Positions 35,609-49,865 of a DNA stretch of 64,000 nucleotides are shown piece by piece. A program made the translations under genes and the position numbers. Within the stretch, counting starts at the first letter, position 1, and every line of letters begins with the position of its first letter. Source of the stretch: Parasitella parasitica NRRL 2501 (taxonomy: Eukaryota > Fungi > Mucoromycota); the NCBI GenBank assembly GCA_025201805.1, contig MU619277.1, positions 155,712 to 219,711 of the forward strand, written 5' to 3'. A model generated the notes under the pieces. The model worked only from the letters and a program-made list of their open reading frames with translations, searched no databases and was not told where the DNA came from.

Positions 35609-36965
35609 GATTTTCTCTTTGTTTTTTTTTTTTCTAAAAAAAAATACGAGTGTTGAAAGAAAAAGATGAAAACATCTTGTACTTCTTGAGGCCTTCTTAA
35701 TTTCAAACCGTGGGATTATTTATCGTGTTCTTCCACGGCCATCAGGCGTTTAAGCATTAGTTTAAACGAGTCACTCTTGTCAATGTATGCAACAGAAATC
35801 CAATATCATGTGCGTATTATCTTATGCTTGGGTCGATCGGCACTCCTCTTCAGATATAAAGCTTTTTGTACCTATATGACTGACTATGTTTTCGAGTTTA
35901 TCTGCGGATGCCTGTGATTTCGTACAACAACGACATGGAATCCAAAATGATTACATAAAAATAATTTGCAAGAACTTTGAATGTTTGCTCACATATTGAA
36001 TAGCCTTGCTCTGTCCATATGACGCAAAAATAGGCATAAAAAGTATTTCGAGTGCATCAGATTACGTTTTCTTACAAAAAATATCATTATTATACTTTTA
36101 AACAGATATTCTCTTTACTTGGTATATAAGAGTTGGTTTTAGGATCAAGGAAGCACAGATGAGATATTACATATCACGCAACTATTGCCATATCAATTCC
36201 CATATTATTGCCTTTTTTGTTGATAAAAGTGACAGTGAGTAAACAATTAGGTACACATTTTTTTAAAAAAAAGGAAATATTGCATTATTTTTAACAATGA
36301 GTGTTTAAAGTAACTTCCAACTATAATATTTTTCATAGAGGAAATTGATGATTGCAAGCGACACTCAAGAATAACACAAAATTACTTTCCATCACTTAAT
36401 ACACAAAAAAACATAAATTTCCTCTTTTGGCATAATAAAGCGGCGTTTTAAATAATACCAAATATAGACATTGGTAATATTGTATCAGCAGAATGTGCGA
36501 AAACGTGAGGATTTGGGTAAAAAAAAAAGTTTGACAGAAGACTGGTTTGAAACAATAGGGCTTTGTGGGTATACTTGATGCTCTAAGTCTTCGTCTGAAC
36601 TTCCTTCTTCCCGTTCGGTCTTATTCAGTGAAGAAACAGTAGTGATATACTTTATATACAACAGCAACTATTTGGGCGCAGAGCAAGCTTAAAAGTGGCA
36701 AATCCATACTTTGCAATATTGGATCCTGAAAATTTACTACCTCTTCTGCTAAAAGTTTATTTCGCAAAGTGGCAGGTACTTTGTCGCTTCAACATAGAAT
36801 AGCTTTGGTTAATGTTTTTTGTCATACTTACTATATCTTTCATTATTGTGCTATTTATATTCAACAAGTTTAAGGTGAAAGACTGTATTAGTCTAAATAA
36901 GTTCTAATTTTTTATTTGAAATTGAAAAGGGGAATACTAAAGGCTTTTATGGAAATCGCAACAGA

Positions 36966-38916
36966 TTACATGAAACTCCAACATGTACCAGTAAGTGCCA
37001 TTGAAGAAGCAATTATAATCAATGTGTAATCCAAAATTTTGTTCTTGAGAGACATAGCGTCGCCAAAAAGACATAGATGACAGATCAAAGGGAAGATGCC
37101 TGAAATCATAAACGAAAAGAAGGCACCCAACAAAGACATGATTTTGTCAAAACCAGGTATAACGTAAGCCAGAACAACAATGAAAGCACTGATAAAGACT
37201 TTACCAACCCCAGTTAGGATAGGCTCACGCCAACTTCCTTTGTCGCACCAGTCTTCAAGACTTGTCCCTTTGAACAACCAGATTTGCCAACTCAAGTTGA
37301 CAGGATTGACAGTAAGGCCATATTTTGCAATTGGATTCATTGCAATGAGCCAAACAGCGAGACGGTTTAAAGTTTGATTGTATTCAGGAATTGAAACAAT
37401 GTTTTGAGTAATCTGTAATATATTGCGTCAAGGAAAAAATATAACCAAATGTTGTGTTGTCCCTTTTCCAATACCTACCTCTTGCATAGTGTTTGATCCA
37501 AACATCAAGTAGCCGCAAGCGGCGACACCAAAATAAACAATAGTAGTAGCTAGATATGTCCAATTCACCATTCTTACATATGCTTTTGGGTTCTCCATAT
37601 CACGATAAACCGTTGGAAATACAGCATGACCAGCAAACCCAGCCATGATTAATCCGAAACTAAGGGGTACATTCATCCAATTTGAGGGCCAGATTTCTGT
37701 GTCCTAGACAATAATGAATGTCAATAACTTTTATGAAACTAATTTGAAACAAACAAAGCTTACTGCAGGCTCGATCAAACTACCAGGAGCAGTTTTTTTG
37801 GTCACGCCATCGACAATAATGACAATAATGATGCTAAAAGCACTAATAATGCCCAACAAGCTTGAATATGATAAATGGCGAACAGGTAGAAACAGCATAG
37901 GAGTCAAAATAGCGAAGGATAAAATTCTGATATCTTTGAGCGAAAATCCTGGGAACAATGCATCAATACCGTCGCCCAATAAAACTACCAGTGCAACACT
38001 TTTTTTGTGTCCATGTTAGAATAACATGCCTACTGCAGCAAGTAAATCATTTACCTGCTTGTGATTAACTCTGTAATAAACAAAGCTGTAACCCAAATTC
38101 TTCCCTTTAGACCAAAAGCCAAAGCTCCCATATCACCGTATGTCTTAGATTCAGGATCGACGTCCAAGCATTTTTGCAGTAGTTTTGCGGTGTAATTGGT
38201 GAGGCCGCAACAGAATACAAAGACACTTATGCCAATAGCCCAACCTGCGCACTGGTAGCAATGCGGTGTCAGTATTGACGGTCGCATGCATTGCCCATCC
38301 CTTTACTTACCTTGAATCCAAGAGGGAGTGCTAAAATACCAATACCAATCAAAATATTGATAGAGTTGAAGATAGATTGAGTAAACGAAGACTTTGTAGC
38401 AGCAGGAGGATGTGCTTCATAGCGGTAATCATCGGCGACGGTACCTACACTTCGTGTAGATAAAACCTTGTCCAAATGTGAAAATAACAATGAGGAATGT
38501 TCATTGGCAGCGCTGGTACTTGGGCCTGTTTCAATTCTGGATAGCCGTGACACAGAAGTTTTTGACGGAATTCTTGAAACATAACCCGATGAGATCGCAG
38601 AATACTTGTCTTCTTCGTCGTCCAGCTAAGAGAGATTCGGTGGTTAGAAAGTGTATGGCCATAGCAACGTTAATGCTAATATTACCAGAGACCCATTTGG
38701 GACAGCTAAATTTTCAGCCATAAACATCATAGAGGTACGAGAGTATGACCCAACAAAAGATCCAAGTCTTTCCGAAAAGGAACTCATTGTGCGTTCAATA
38801 GGTATATGATCCTCGCTGATGGCACCATAGGAATGTTCAGGTGAAAGCTGAGAAGGATGCAGATTACGAATACGAGGTACGTTATTACCGCTACCGTCAC
38901 CGTTGGGTATATCCAT
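36966..38916 (-). CDS. AVT1: Vacuolar amino acid transporter (Avt1-like, Aa_trans family), multi-exon
   Basis: SSFTQSIFNSINILIGIGILALPLGF, TYGDMGALAFG, LSYSSLLGI, FAGHAVFPTVYRDM, AACGYLMFG and NPIAKYGL. Confidence 0.9.
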
Positions 38917-39173
38917 TTTTGGCCTTGGGTTTTGTTTGAGATAACAAAAAGAAAGAAGAATAAAGGGGGAGCGAAGAAGCCCACATTTAGTAGGGTTTTT
39001 AAAAAATGAGTGTCGGTACGAGAAAATTCCTTCGCATAATGACAAACACGCCTTTTCATGAAGATGGGAAATCTGTATCATGGGCAAGGGGTCAAGGCTT
39101 ATGACCCAAAGGAGAATTTTTTGGCCCAAACTACAGATCCAAACATTATCCTTGAAACAGTGACAAACCAAAA

Positions 39174-39555
39174 GTGTTGTTATTAACTGAAACCCTCCCC
39201 TCCCCTCCTGAGAAAATGGTTATATATGATATAGCCAAAACAACCAAAACAGCCAAAGTAGTTGATGCCCTGGAGCCCTCAACATACAAAAAATATAGCG
39301 ATCAACAGAGAGTTGAGTTCATCGACAGAATGGTCGACTTTGCCCAACAGAAAGGATTGGCAACCAAATTTCCAAAGGAATTGGGTCTCGCGTTGCTTTA
39401 AGATGGAGGAAACGCTCCACAAAAAAAAATTATCCGTAATGACAATAAACGTAATTTTACCTGACAAGTACTAGAACAGCATAAAGAAAATGTTCGATGA
39501 TGATCTACAGTTGGCCATAGACGAAATCGTCGAAACCATCGCTTCATTTTCTGAA
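39174..39555 (+). mobile_element. Decayed Tc1/IS630-like transposase N-terminal (HTH) fragment
   Basis: YKKYSDQQRVEFIDRM...GLATKFPKELG, then after frameshifts KKMFDDDLQLAIDEIVETI. Resembles the HTH region of abundant Mucorales Tc1-like transposases (recall). Broken by stops and frameshifts. Confidence 0.6.
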
Positions 39556-40753
39556 CCGGCCAGGAGCCGGAGGAGCTCCCTTTGACAATTCTAGTGGGTC
39601 CTTACTGTCCGCGCGCTCTCTGGTTCTATCTAGTTCTCCCTGGCTCAACAACTGGTTCAACAACTAGCTCTTTCCTTCTCTCTGATATTATCTTTCGTAA
39701 GCTGTGCGGATAACATCAACCTTTCATCTTTTAATACCGTACAACCGGAATCTGTGTGGCAATTGTAAGGGGCAAACTGGAGTCTAAATCTAGCTGTAGA
39801 CTGACTCAGGCAGCAGTTTGTTCATACTACCGCCAACAAGGGATACTGAAAGAATCACTTGCGCTTTCTTTCAGGGGCATAAGAGCCTAATGTTGTATTT
39901 AGGCTTTTTTCTGGCGTGGATAATGTCAATTTCTTGGCTGCTATTAGACAAAGCATGTTATTGACCTTTCTACTCCCAAAAACGCTCCGGGCTGCAATTA
40001 CTCGTCTATGACAAGTAAAAAGCGCTGAAAAGCCGAGTTAGTTGCCCAGAATGAGGCGGCCGAATATACGTTCCAAGCTGTACCGTATCAAGAGAGGTGA
40101 CCAATGTGAATGGAGATGCGAATACTTCTGATAATGCAAGTATTGGAGACAGTAGTCCAGTCACCAGCTCCGAGGAAAATTTAGACACGCTTGAAGATGA
40201 CCAACATTACGTAGTTACGCAAATGTCAACTAGATGCATGCTCGCTGATTACATTCGCTGGTAATTAGAATGACATCTAGGAAGGAGCACAACAAACGGC
40301 TAACAAGACCATCATTTTCAAACAAAATAATAAGATACCAAAGCCTTTGATTTGATTCACAATCATTGAATGTAATTATTCAAGAACTTTGATAGAGAGA
40401 TACGCTACAGACAAATTAAAAAAAGTCATCCTTGCAACATGGTAAATATATTACAGTTCAAATCATTGCTATTTCAAGGAGACCCACTCGGTCTACTATG
40501 TACTTATATCACGTGGAGTGTTATTGGCTTGAGCTTAAGGAAAAGAACAGTTTCGTTTCCAAGCAATTTGCTTCCCCTTCAATGAAAGAACCAAAGGCCC
40601 ATTGGATTGGTTGAAATCTCAAATATAATTTCTTCTCTCGCCTTTTTAGGGTGCACCCTCTCTTTCCTTCCTCATTTCTCTCTTTCATACAACTATTTCT
40701 CACACAAAACAAGAAAAGACACTACGCTCATATAAGAACAAACAAGCTCGAAT

Positions 40754-41035
40754 GTATGTATGCTACAATTTCCTATTTTGCTATTTTGAAAAGGGGATAA
40801 AAGAAAGAAATTTACGAGACTAAGAAGAACAAGTTTTGTAATAAACCAATTCGATGAAAAGATGCCACTGCTTATATGAAAGATATAGCTGCTATATCAA
40901 TAAGCGTAGGCTCTCTTTATAACTCTCTATCTTTTCTCTTGCCGTTTTATTAAAACCCCTCGAAGAAAGCTATACATACATTAACGCGTTATTAATTTTT
41001 TCATCTCTTTTCTTCTTCTCTTTACTTTTTTCCAG
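40754..41035 (+). other. Putative 5' UTR intron of the PP1 gene
   Basis: GTATGT donor, ATTAAC branch-like site at ~40980, long polypyrimidine tract, and CCAG acceptor 15 nt before the ATG. Confidence 0.55.
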
Positions 41036-41050
41036 ATATAATAATAAACC

Positions 41051-42282
41051 ATGGCAGACACAGCAGACCCCGATGTTGATTCAATCATTACTCGCCTTTT
41101 GGAAGGTAAGAAAACAAAATATCATTTATTGGCATTGCTGTAAACAAGGCAATTTTCTCTTTTCTAGTGCGAGGCAGCCGCCCGGGTAAGCAGGTTCAGC
41201 TTGGAGAAAATGAAATTCGATTCCTATGTCAAAAAGCGCGCGAAATATTCATGAATCAGCCTATTCTACTGGACTTGGAAGCACCCATTAAAGTCTGTGG
41301 TGATATTCATGGACAATATTATGATTTGTTGCGATTATTTGAATATGGTGGCTTCCCCCCTGAAGCAAATTATCTCTTTATGGGTGATTATGTTGATAGA
41401 GGAAAGCAATCTCTCGAAACCATTTGTCTATTATTAGCCTACAAAATCAAATACCCTGAAAATTTCTTTATTCTTCGTGGTAACCATGAATGTGCAAGTA
41501 TTAATCGTATATATGGATTTTATGATGAATGTAAGTCTTTTTTTTTTTATATATATATTATTATTTATTTATTTATACCCGTTTAATCTCACCCTTTATT
41601 TTTGCTTTTACCAGGTAAACGACGATATAATATAAAGCTTTGGAAAATCTTTACAGATTGCTTTAATTGCTTACCTATTGCTGCTGTGATTGACGAAAAG
41701 ATTATGTGTATGCATGGTGGACTTTCGCCTGATTTACAAAATATGGAACAAATTCGTAGAGTGATGCGTCCCACTGATGTACCAGATANNNNNNNNNNAA
41801 AAAAAAAAGGAAATGAAATGAAATGAATAGACAAAGTTGCTTACTATCGATAGGCTTATTGTGTGATTTGCTATGGGCTGATCCTGACAAGGATATTACC
41901 GGTTGGAGTGAAAACGATCGTGGTGTTTCATTCACATTTGGAGCCGATATTGTATCTCGATTTTTGCAAAAACATGACTTGGATCTTATTTGTCGTGCTC
42001 ATCAAGTGGTTGAAGATGGTTACGAATTTTTCGCAAAGAGACAGCTGGTAACTTTGTTTTCTGCACCCAATTACTGTGGAGAGTTTGATAATGCTGGTGC
42101 TATGATGAGCGTTGATGAATCCTTAATGTGTTCATTCCAGGTAAGAAGCAAACGGATGACTAGCATGCAAAATTTGCCGGATTGATTACTGATTTTATTT
42201 TCGGTAGATCTTGAAACCAGCTGAAAAAAGAGCAAAGTATGGTTACAATTCAGCTAAAGGAAGACCCAAACCAAAGGCATAA
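41051..42282 (+). CDS. GLC7: Serine/threonine protein phosphatase PP1 catalytic subunit, 5 coding exons; assembly gap at an exon/intron junction
   Basis: [46 protein letters not shown] and [11 protein letters not shown]; near-identical to canonical PP1. Confidence 0.97.
41789..41798. other. Assembly gap (10 N)
   Basis: Run of N that removes the end of PP1 exon 3 and its splice donor. Confidence 1.
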
Positions 42283-43795
42283 ATCTATTCTATTCCATCA
42301 TCTCCTTATTTTCCAATTGTTCCCCTCATCACCTCCTCCTTGTCTCTTATATTTAATACAGGCACTTTTTTTTTTCTTTATTTTTTTTTCTACCAGTATT
42401 CTGATATGAAGGTTTGGCTACATCATAATGATGACGGTAGTAGCGATAATTTAGTTGTAAAAATAATACAATACACAATTATGTCAATCAGCAAAAAAAA
42501 CCGTATAGCCAGAGGAGCTGAAAGAGAAGACATAGTGAGGCTAATTGTTACGTTTAATTCGTTTCCAAGGGGTAAAAAAAAAAAGTCAGTGTGAGAATGT
42601 GCATGAAAACGTTTTGGTTTTGATTCATCTATGAGCTACCATAGAGATACATTTCAAACTGACCATTTTCTTCTCGCTGTACGATTTACCACCAAAAATG
42701 GCTAGCTATACTATGTTTCGACTTTGCTTTGATGGCTAGATTGTTGGGTTGTGCTAATTTTAAAATGTTTTTGTGAACATAAGATTGTTTTGCAACATTC
42801 TGTCCCTAATTCGTATTTCAAGCCAATCTTCTCTGTATCAGTAACTTTGTTATAAATTTGACTACTGTACAGTACATTCATTTTACTAGTGTTTATCTTG
42901 CTCTTCTCTTGAGAAGTTACATTCAGGGAACAGATGTCAATAACATAAGACAATGCTGAATTGAAAGAAATTCAGGTACGCCGCTAAAAATCACAAATAA
43001 CTGATCTTTGTCATATTTCGGTTCAATTGTCATCATAATTAGTACAGATTTAGATCATTGTATATACATGACATGATGAGATGTGCTATATGTTGAATCT
43101 GGATAAAAAAAAATGGTGCTGTTCAAAAACTTGCTTACATTTACACATAATACCACTGGTAGCAAATCCAGGCACAGGTTAAATACTAGAAATTTGTAGT
43201 TTTTGAGAGATTTAGGATAATTGTTCAAACTTTTATTGTGCAGCTTCGCGATGCGATGCAGACCAGCCCGTCGATCAAAATAGTTGTATAATATTAATGT
43301 TTGCTACGATTAGAAGCACAATATACAGTGGATCATCACAGCCGGAATACTTCATTTAGAAAATATGAATTCTCTTTGTGTCAAAAGCTCCCAAAATACG
43401 CTATGACACAAAACGATTTTGCGTCATTTGTGGAACGAACTTACTGAATTCAATACACTGTTCACAATATTTGTAACTTGTTTCTGGTATGAAGTTACAG
43501 ATCTAGTATGTGTTGTACTGCTTATTAAGTGTCAAAGTCTACCTACGGTTTACCACATGAGCATGATATATTGGAAGGCAGCAGTACGTGGGCGTGTCTA
43601 TTTTTGAGCTTCTTTGTTGTTGTTAATGACAAAAATAAAGGTCGTGTGTGTATAACTGCGTACATAAACTGTACATGTATAAACAATGATATAATCATAC
43701 TGCATACTGTGCTCACTATGTATATGCATTAAGTCAATAAAAGACGTAGAAAGATTTATTATTATTATGATAATGATTACAATTGTTATATGAAA

Positions 43796-44997
43796 TCAGG
43801 TATATTTTGGCGGCTTGACTTCGGCTAGCCAAGTAAGCTTTAGTACATCTTGTATGGTATATCTCTTTTCTGGATCAGGGTTCAGCACAGCATACATCAT
43901 TTGCCTGCTCTCTTCATCAAATGATTCAAACGCAGGGTAGGCTTGTTTGGCGTAATGTTTGCTATAGAGGCGATAGTTTGCGTCCGATTGTTGCGCCGAA
44001 TAGAAGGGCACGCCGTTCAAACGCATACAAAAGTAGACTATTCCCGCAGACCAAACATCTGCTTGACTTGCACGGTAACCTTGTTTTGAGCAGATGAAAA
44101 TCTCGGGGGCGATATAAGGCGTTGATCCACACAGCCCATCTGATAATCTGCTCGTTTCCTGCCAGGCTTCGCGAAAGACATCAGCCTCGCCGAAATCTGA
44201 TATTTTGAGAATGGTACATGTGTTGTGCTTGACTAATAATAAGTTTTCTGGCTTTATATCACGATGTGCTACGCCTAAACAATGAAGATAGGAGAGCCCA
44301 TCGAGGAGCTGCTTAAAATATCCATTTGCTTCGTCTTGAGAAGATAAGCGACCCTCTTTGATGAACGAATATAGATCACCCCCTGGACACTATAAGAAAG
44401 GGGTGTGTAAGGTTCAGTCATGGAATTCTTTGATTCACTACTGCGTGCCTTTGAATGCAGCAGCGCAGACGCTGTATGACTTACATATTCCATCACTGTA
44501 CAATAGCGGTCCTTTTCGTCTAGCACCAAATCCATTGTTTTGACAATATTTGGGTGGTCCAGCGTAGACGATATGCAAAATTCGCTAATTAGCTTTTTCA
44601 TAAAGCTTGATTCAGTCTCTCGCACTTTTCTCTTGCGGAATGCTTTAACTGCATACGTGCGCATCAGCTTGCCGTCCTCTTGTAATTGATGTGTCAACAG
44701 AACCGTAGCAGATGCGCCTGTTCCGATTTGTCGACGTTGCAATTGCCCATAATGGCTGAGCAGTAAACGAGAATGGTGACATTTCTGTGATTGCTCTTGC
44801 TTTTGAAATTTGATGGTTGAAATGACTAATTTGAGTTGTTGTACAAGCATAGCTGACCGCTTCTTCTTTTTTTTCGGCTTGTCTGAATCAAAAGTTGGTG
44901 TTATATACTGCTCCTTGACGAATGAGGGCTCATTTTTGGATGTGATTGTCAAAGATGATGATGAAGGGAAGTCGAGCAGAATGGCAGAATCTTTCAT
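43796..44997 (-). CDS. Hal/Npr-family Ser/Thr protein kinase (Hrk1/Oca2-like), 2 exons
   Basis: IGTGASATV, YAVKAF, SEFCISSTLDHPNIV, HRDIKPEN, KISDFG, CGSTPYIAPE and DVWSAG; intron at ~44390-44484. Confidence 0.92.
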
Positions 44998-45049
44998 GTT
45001 ATTTACAGAGGAATGTCAATATTAAGGGGATTTATTTAAAGTGGAGTGT

Positions 45050-45078
45050 AGAGAGAGAGACAGAGAGGGAGAGGGAGA
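45050..45078. repeat. GA-rich microsatellite in the kinase 5' region
   Basis: AGAGAGAGAGACAGAGAGGGAGAGGGAGA. Confidence 0.8.
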
Positions 45079-45233
45079 AATAAAAAAGAAACCTAAAGAA
45101 AGAAGGCCAGGAAGATCAAAAAAGAATTTATTGTATATATATGTTTAAAAATGGGCTTGTGATTCTTAATCATCCCCTCTTCCCAACAAGGTACATCAAC
45201 ATCTGTTGTTTGTACGGCAATTCCTCCGAAATC

Positions 45234-47397
45234 CTAGCTGCTTTCGACTGCTGCTGCAGGCTCCAGCATTTTGAAATGAGCACCTTGACGAACATACAAT
45301 TGGAGCTGAGCATGATATTCATTCAAAACACGCGATGCGTCAGGTGCAGAGACCAGTGTCTGAATAATGGCATATTTCCAGTTCTGAGCAATTGATTGTA
45401 AGTACCCTGTGTGAGTTGCTGCTATCAAGTTTTTACCTGTCCCTGCTCGGTGTTCTCTGTTGATCTATTCAAAATATAATCTATGAATTCGTTTGATTGC
45501 GCCATCAACTACTGTATATATCAACACTTGTTTTAATATCAAGCAAATTATAGCAATATTACCTGAACACCCCAGGCATGATATGCAATCGCTTGCATAA
45601 CAGCAAAAGATGCGACACGAATGCTATCTTCAGGCTGCTTGGCCTCCTTAATTATACTTAATAAAGTAGAGGGCCGTCCTACAGCAATATCAGCGATGAA
45701 TTCACCATAAATTTATGGTTATTACCTTGAATCCTTTCGTAAATGTTCATTGTTGCTATCTCCACCTGTTCTGTACCATTTCTAACATGACAACAATAAA
45801 AAAAAAGGGGGGGGGGGAAGAGGGGATGACTCTCTTGAATTCTATTTCTCTTTCCATTACACAACATACCTCACTGAAATCATTTTGGATATGCTCTGAA
45901 GATAGACCGCCTTCACTTGACCCACTGCAGTTTCATATCTTGAGAAAAATGTGGTCAGCAATGTATCTGATAAAAGCTTTAATCCAGCAGGATGAGAACC
46001 CACAAGTCCAATAGTGGAAATTGCAACAATCTACCATTTCAGGAATAAAAAACGTTTTTTTTTGTGAGGACAGGGGAACCCTTCGGCATGAATTCAACAA
46101 GACTTTACCAGAATTTCAATGCTTTGCGTCTCGAGGCATTTTTCAATTTTTTTCATAATATTGTATTTGTTTGACATTGCCTCAAACGGAATTTGCTAAC
46201 CATGTAATCAATACCCACATATCCGCTCGATTCATCCATTCTATTACCTCGTTTTCACCGAGATTTCCAATAAACTTGATGACAGCGCATTTTACTAGTT
46301 GTACAACCACATCAGAATCATCAGGGTTGTCTAGAATAGTTGTGATAGTGCCCAATAAGTTTGCCTTTTCTAAAAAGGATAACCCGGCAGAAGTAGTTGC
46401 AATCTATATCACCAAACATCCGTGAATTTTAGTGTCAACATGAGAGGGAGATGGATGGGGGGATAAGATGAGCTTCATGAAATTCATCTTTTTTTTTTAC
46501 CTCGTTTAACAATTCAATTGCATTTATCTTCACAAGGAGATCGTCTGACTGAAGTTCTTTTATAAATACAGATAAAAGACCAGTTGAGTCGCAGGCCTCA
46601 AACGTGCTGTCTGAATAGGCTGCTACTTTAATGATCAAGTCGTACACGCGGAAGCTGATAACACCGTTACTACGAAGGAAATTAAAAGTCTGCATCGAAT
46701 TTTTGTGTGTTTATCAGCGTGTACGTTACATTTGCAATAATTGCTTCAACATGGCTGTGCAGGTGGGGCTAAAGAATGCTGCCTGGCCTGATGGCATTGC
46801 TGAAATCTTGCACAATAGCTCGCTTGCTTTATTGGCTGTTCTAGCATCTTGGAATGCGATCGTAGCAACAACCAAGGGAAAAATCTCGGAATCAACCATG
46901 TTGGACACGAATGCATCAGACACTAAGCATTTAAACACTTGCTGCAAAGATAAATAACGAATAACAGGAGTAAAATGGGCCAATCCTTGCAATAAAAATT
47001 CCTAGAATCATCCAGCGTTAGTGTAGTCTGATCGCATAAAACCAAACCATACTACTTGCCTTGTTTTCTGCAGATACAATCTGATCATACGAATATGGGT
47101 GTAATATCTTATTAATAAGCTCACACAATACAGATGTCAATTGGTCATCTTCAGCCGAAAATCCATAATAAAATAATCCAAGAGGTGCAACTTGTAAGAT
47201 TTCTGCAGATTTTTCAAGAGAAAGGCTCTCTAGAAGGTTTTTAGCAAGAAAAAAAAAAACATGGCTTACACTGTTTTACCTGTCAACGAAGCTGCAAATG
47301 CTTGAAGAACTGCTATTTTTTCGTTAATAGGCACATTAACATTGGGTTGTAGCACTTGAGATACTCGCTCAAGTGTATTGGAAGGTGCTGGGGACAT
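45234..47397 (-). CDS. PSMD5: 26S proteasome regulatory particle assembly chaperone S5b/PSMD5 (Hsm3-like ARM repeat), many short exons
   Basis: SFRVYDLII, FIKELQSDDLLVKINAIELL, and C-terminal WKYAIIQTL...LQLYVRQGAHF..AAVE match PSMD5 patterns. Numerous GT-AG introns. Confidence 0.75.
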
Positions 47398-48202
47398 GTT
47401 TTGAGAGATATTCTACAAAAGAGGGAGAAGAGTGGTGGCACGCGTAGTTTTAATGCCACTGGACATCAGCGAATATACGACTGCTTGCATGTTGGTTGAT
47501 TTATTCATTACATGTTGGATTGGAGCCTTTGATCAATTGGATGATTCAGTAGATGTAAACACAAGAAATGAAATATGCTGTGAAATGCTGCCGCACATAC
47601 ATATCACAGAATCAGAAAAAGGTCAGCATCCAGATACCCAAAGCACAAGCAGCATGCAGTTTCTGTTTGTAAATTAATATGGATATTAGAGATAATGCGA
47701 AAAAGCACCCCTATCTTTGAAAATCAAGGAAAATCAAGGGAAAAAGACCCCCTTTTACATGTACTTTTATGGAATATTTTATCGGGTCAATGTTCGTTTA
47801 AGTGGTAGTTCCATTTTCGTATTTGCTCACTTTAGTTGCCATCAAAATTCGTCAAAGATCAAAGACATCTCACAGAGGGCTGCTGTATCACATGCTGACT
47901 GTGCAATTTTTACTTTTACCAAACCCAAGATTGGCACCAAACTTCGGTGTCAATCAGCGTAATAGGTGGCTGGATTCGATCGGCAACATTCGATGGATTC
48001 ATATCGCAATCCCTAGTACTGGTATAAGCTCATTTCAAATAACCTTATATTACATTCCGTAGAAACTGAGATATTGGCAGAAACCAGAATATTGTATCTT
48101 GTCTAACAAAGCTTAATTATCTGGTTTTTCTCTAAATTTGAAACAGTATGTTTATTCTATTCTCTCAAAAATTAAAATACAGTCTATCCATCGAACTCTT
48201 CT

Positions 48203-49453
48203 CTACTCCCAGGATCTTTCCTTCCACATCAATTTTTCATTGAACCCACCAATCCAACATTTTTTCAGCATAGTCAGAATACCATCCTTCTCAGCCCAGC
48301 GAGCCCTCAACCAATCTGCCAATTCATCTTCATCATTTGGTAAGTCATCAATAGCGTATTTTCTCACATTGACGTGAAACTCATATTCAGGCCATAAAGA
48401 ATGGATATGAGCCCGAACCATGCTGGGTGCTTGATTCACTCCCTTGAGATTGGTAGTCTGGCGATAAGCAATAGTCAAGTCATACACATATTTGATATGA
48501 GAACCTCTAAATTCGTTGACACATGTCACAAAGCCTTTGGTTCTAGGCAGCAAAACATTGTCCATGACTGGATATCCACGTTTTCGAGAGAAATTTTGCG
48601 CTTCGTAGAGCTTTTTGGGCGTGATCCGTGATCCTTCGACATAACTAATTATCCACGCCGGTGTCTGTAATCGCTTCATGGTCCTGAATGTTGCGTGGAT
48701 TTTTTTTTCGTCTTGAGTCCAGTTACGGCGAACATAGATGAATCCTGCAAGCTGAATTATGCGATTGTTAATTGTGTAAATTCTTTTCAGCAGCGATTTA
48801 GTTACTTTACCCACATACCCCATCCAAAGAACGGCAACTATTTTTGATTAAATCTTGGTTACTTATTGCATTCTATGCAAGCGTAAATATATCCTTCTTA
48901 CGTATTTGATCGAATCTTTGACAAAATACTGATTGTTGACAACTGTTAGTGGTTGCAAATCAAAAATATAACACGAGCACTTACTTTGCAGTTGTACAGC
49001 ATATCTCTTCTGTTAGCTACTGAATGAATGAGATATATATCTGTCCATGCTTGGTGGTTGGCTAATATCAGTGCGTTTTCTTTATGAGGAATCTTGTCTC
49101 CAGAAAAGGTGATGTGTGCTTTTTTGCGCCGCTGTGTATATGACAGATATTTTAGAAAACCCTTTGACGAATTTGCAAATGTAAAACATACTTCAAACAC
49201 ATACTGCATTACTTTCCACACAGTGCCCACAAGTCTGGAGTTGATTTTGACCATCAACTGCTCAGAAAATGGTCGCAGTACAAATGATGTAATTTGTATA
49301 AGGTTTAATGTTCCTGCCACACTGTTGAATGTTGTCAACAAACATGTTCATTCTTGGATTGTTTGTATGCTATGTTGTTGTGTCTTACCCAAATAAGGAT
49401 ACTCCATAGAATACAGCATTGATGGTTCCTGATATTGATCTGATAGCTCCCAT
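48203..49453 (-). CDS. Lysophospholipid acyltransferase (PlsC; LCLAT1/AGPAT3-5/Cst26-like), multi-exon
   Basis: ANHQAWTD (NHxxxxD), YFVKDSIKY, GFIYVRRNW, YVEGSR, VLLPRTKGF, VYDLTIAY and WLRARWAEKD. Confidence 0.9.
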
Positions 49454-49865
49454 TATGTTATTCCTATTTGAATAAAAAGAAAAGAAAAGAGGTTTTTAGA
49501 CATGGGCACACAAATACTCTGGGGTGTAATGTACACAATATTATTCCCCGAAACATTATGAACTTGACACCAGATCTGTGCGCAATATCTGTCAAAATCC
49601 AGAATAAACCTCAGTATTACTTTTTAATTGCCCTTACCATTTGTTGGCAAGAAATGGCCGTCCTTAACGCAATTGATGACGATAATGGTAGTATAAGGGA
49701 AGTAGTCTATTGAACGTCTACAATGCCGACATTATAGACGCAAATTTAGTTGCAAATGTAAACGATGCACTTTGCTTATTTTGAGAATGATATGTCAAAT
49801 ATGTATTTATATTAGGTAATAGAAGTAAATTAGCATGATAGGAGAAAGAAAAGAAACTATAAATA

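Noticed and set aside
41789-41822. Apparent disruption of the PP1 reading frame
   Set aside because: Explained by the assembly gap at an intron donor; not evidence of pseudogenisation.
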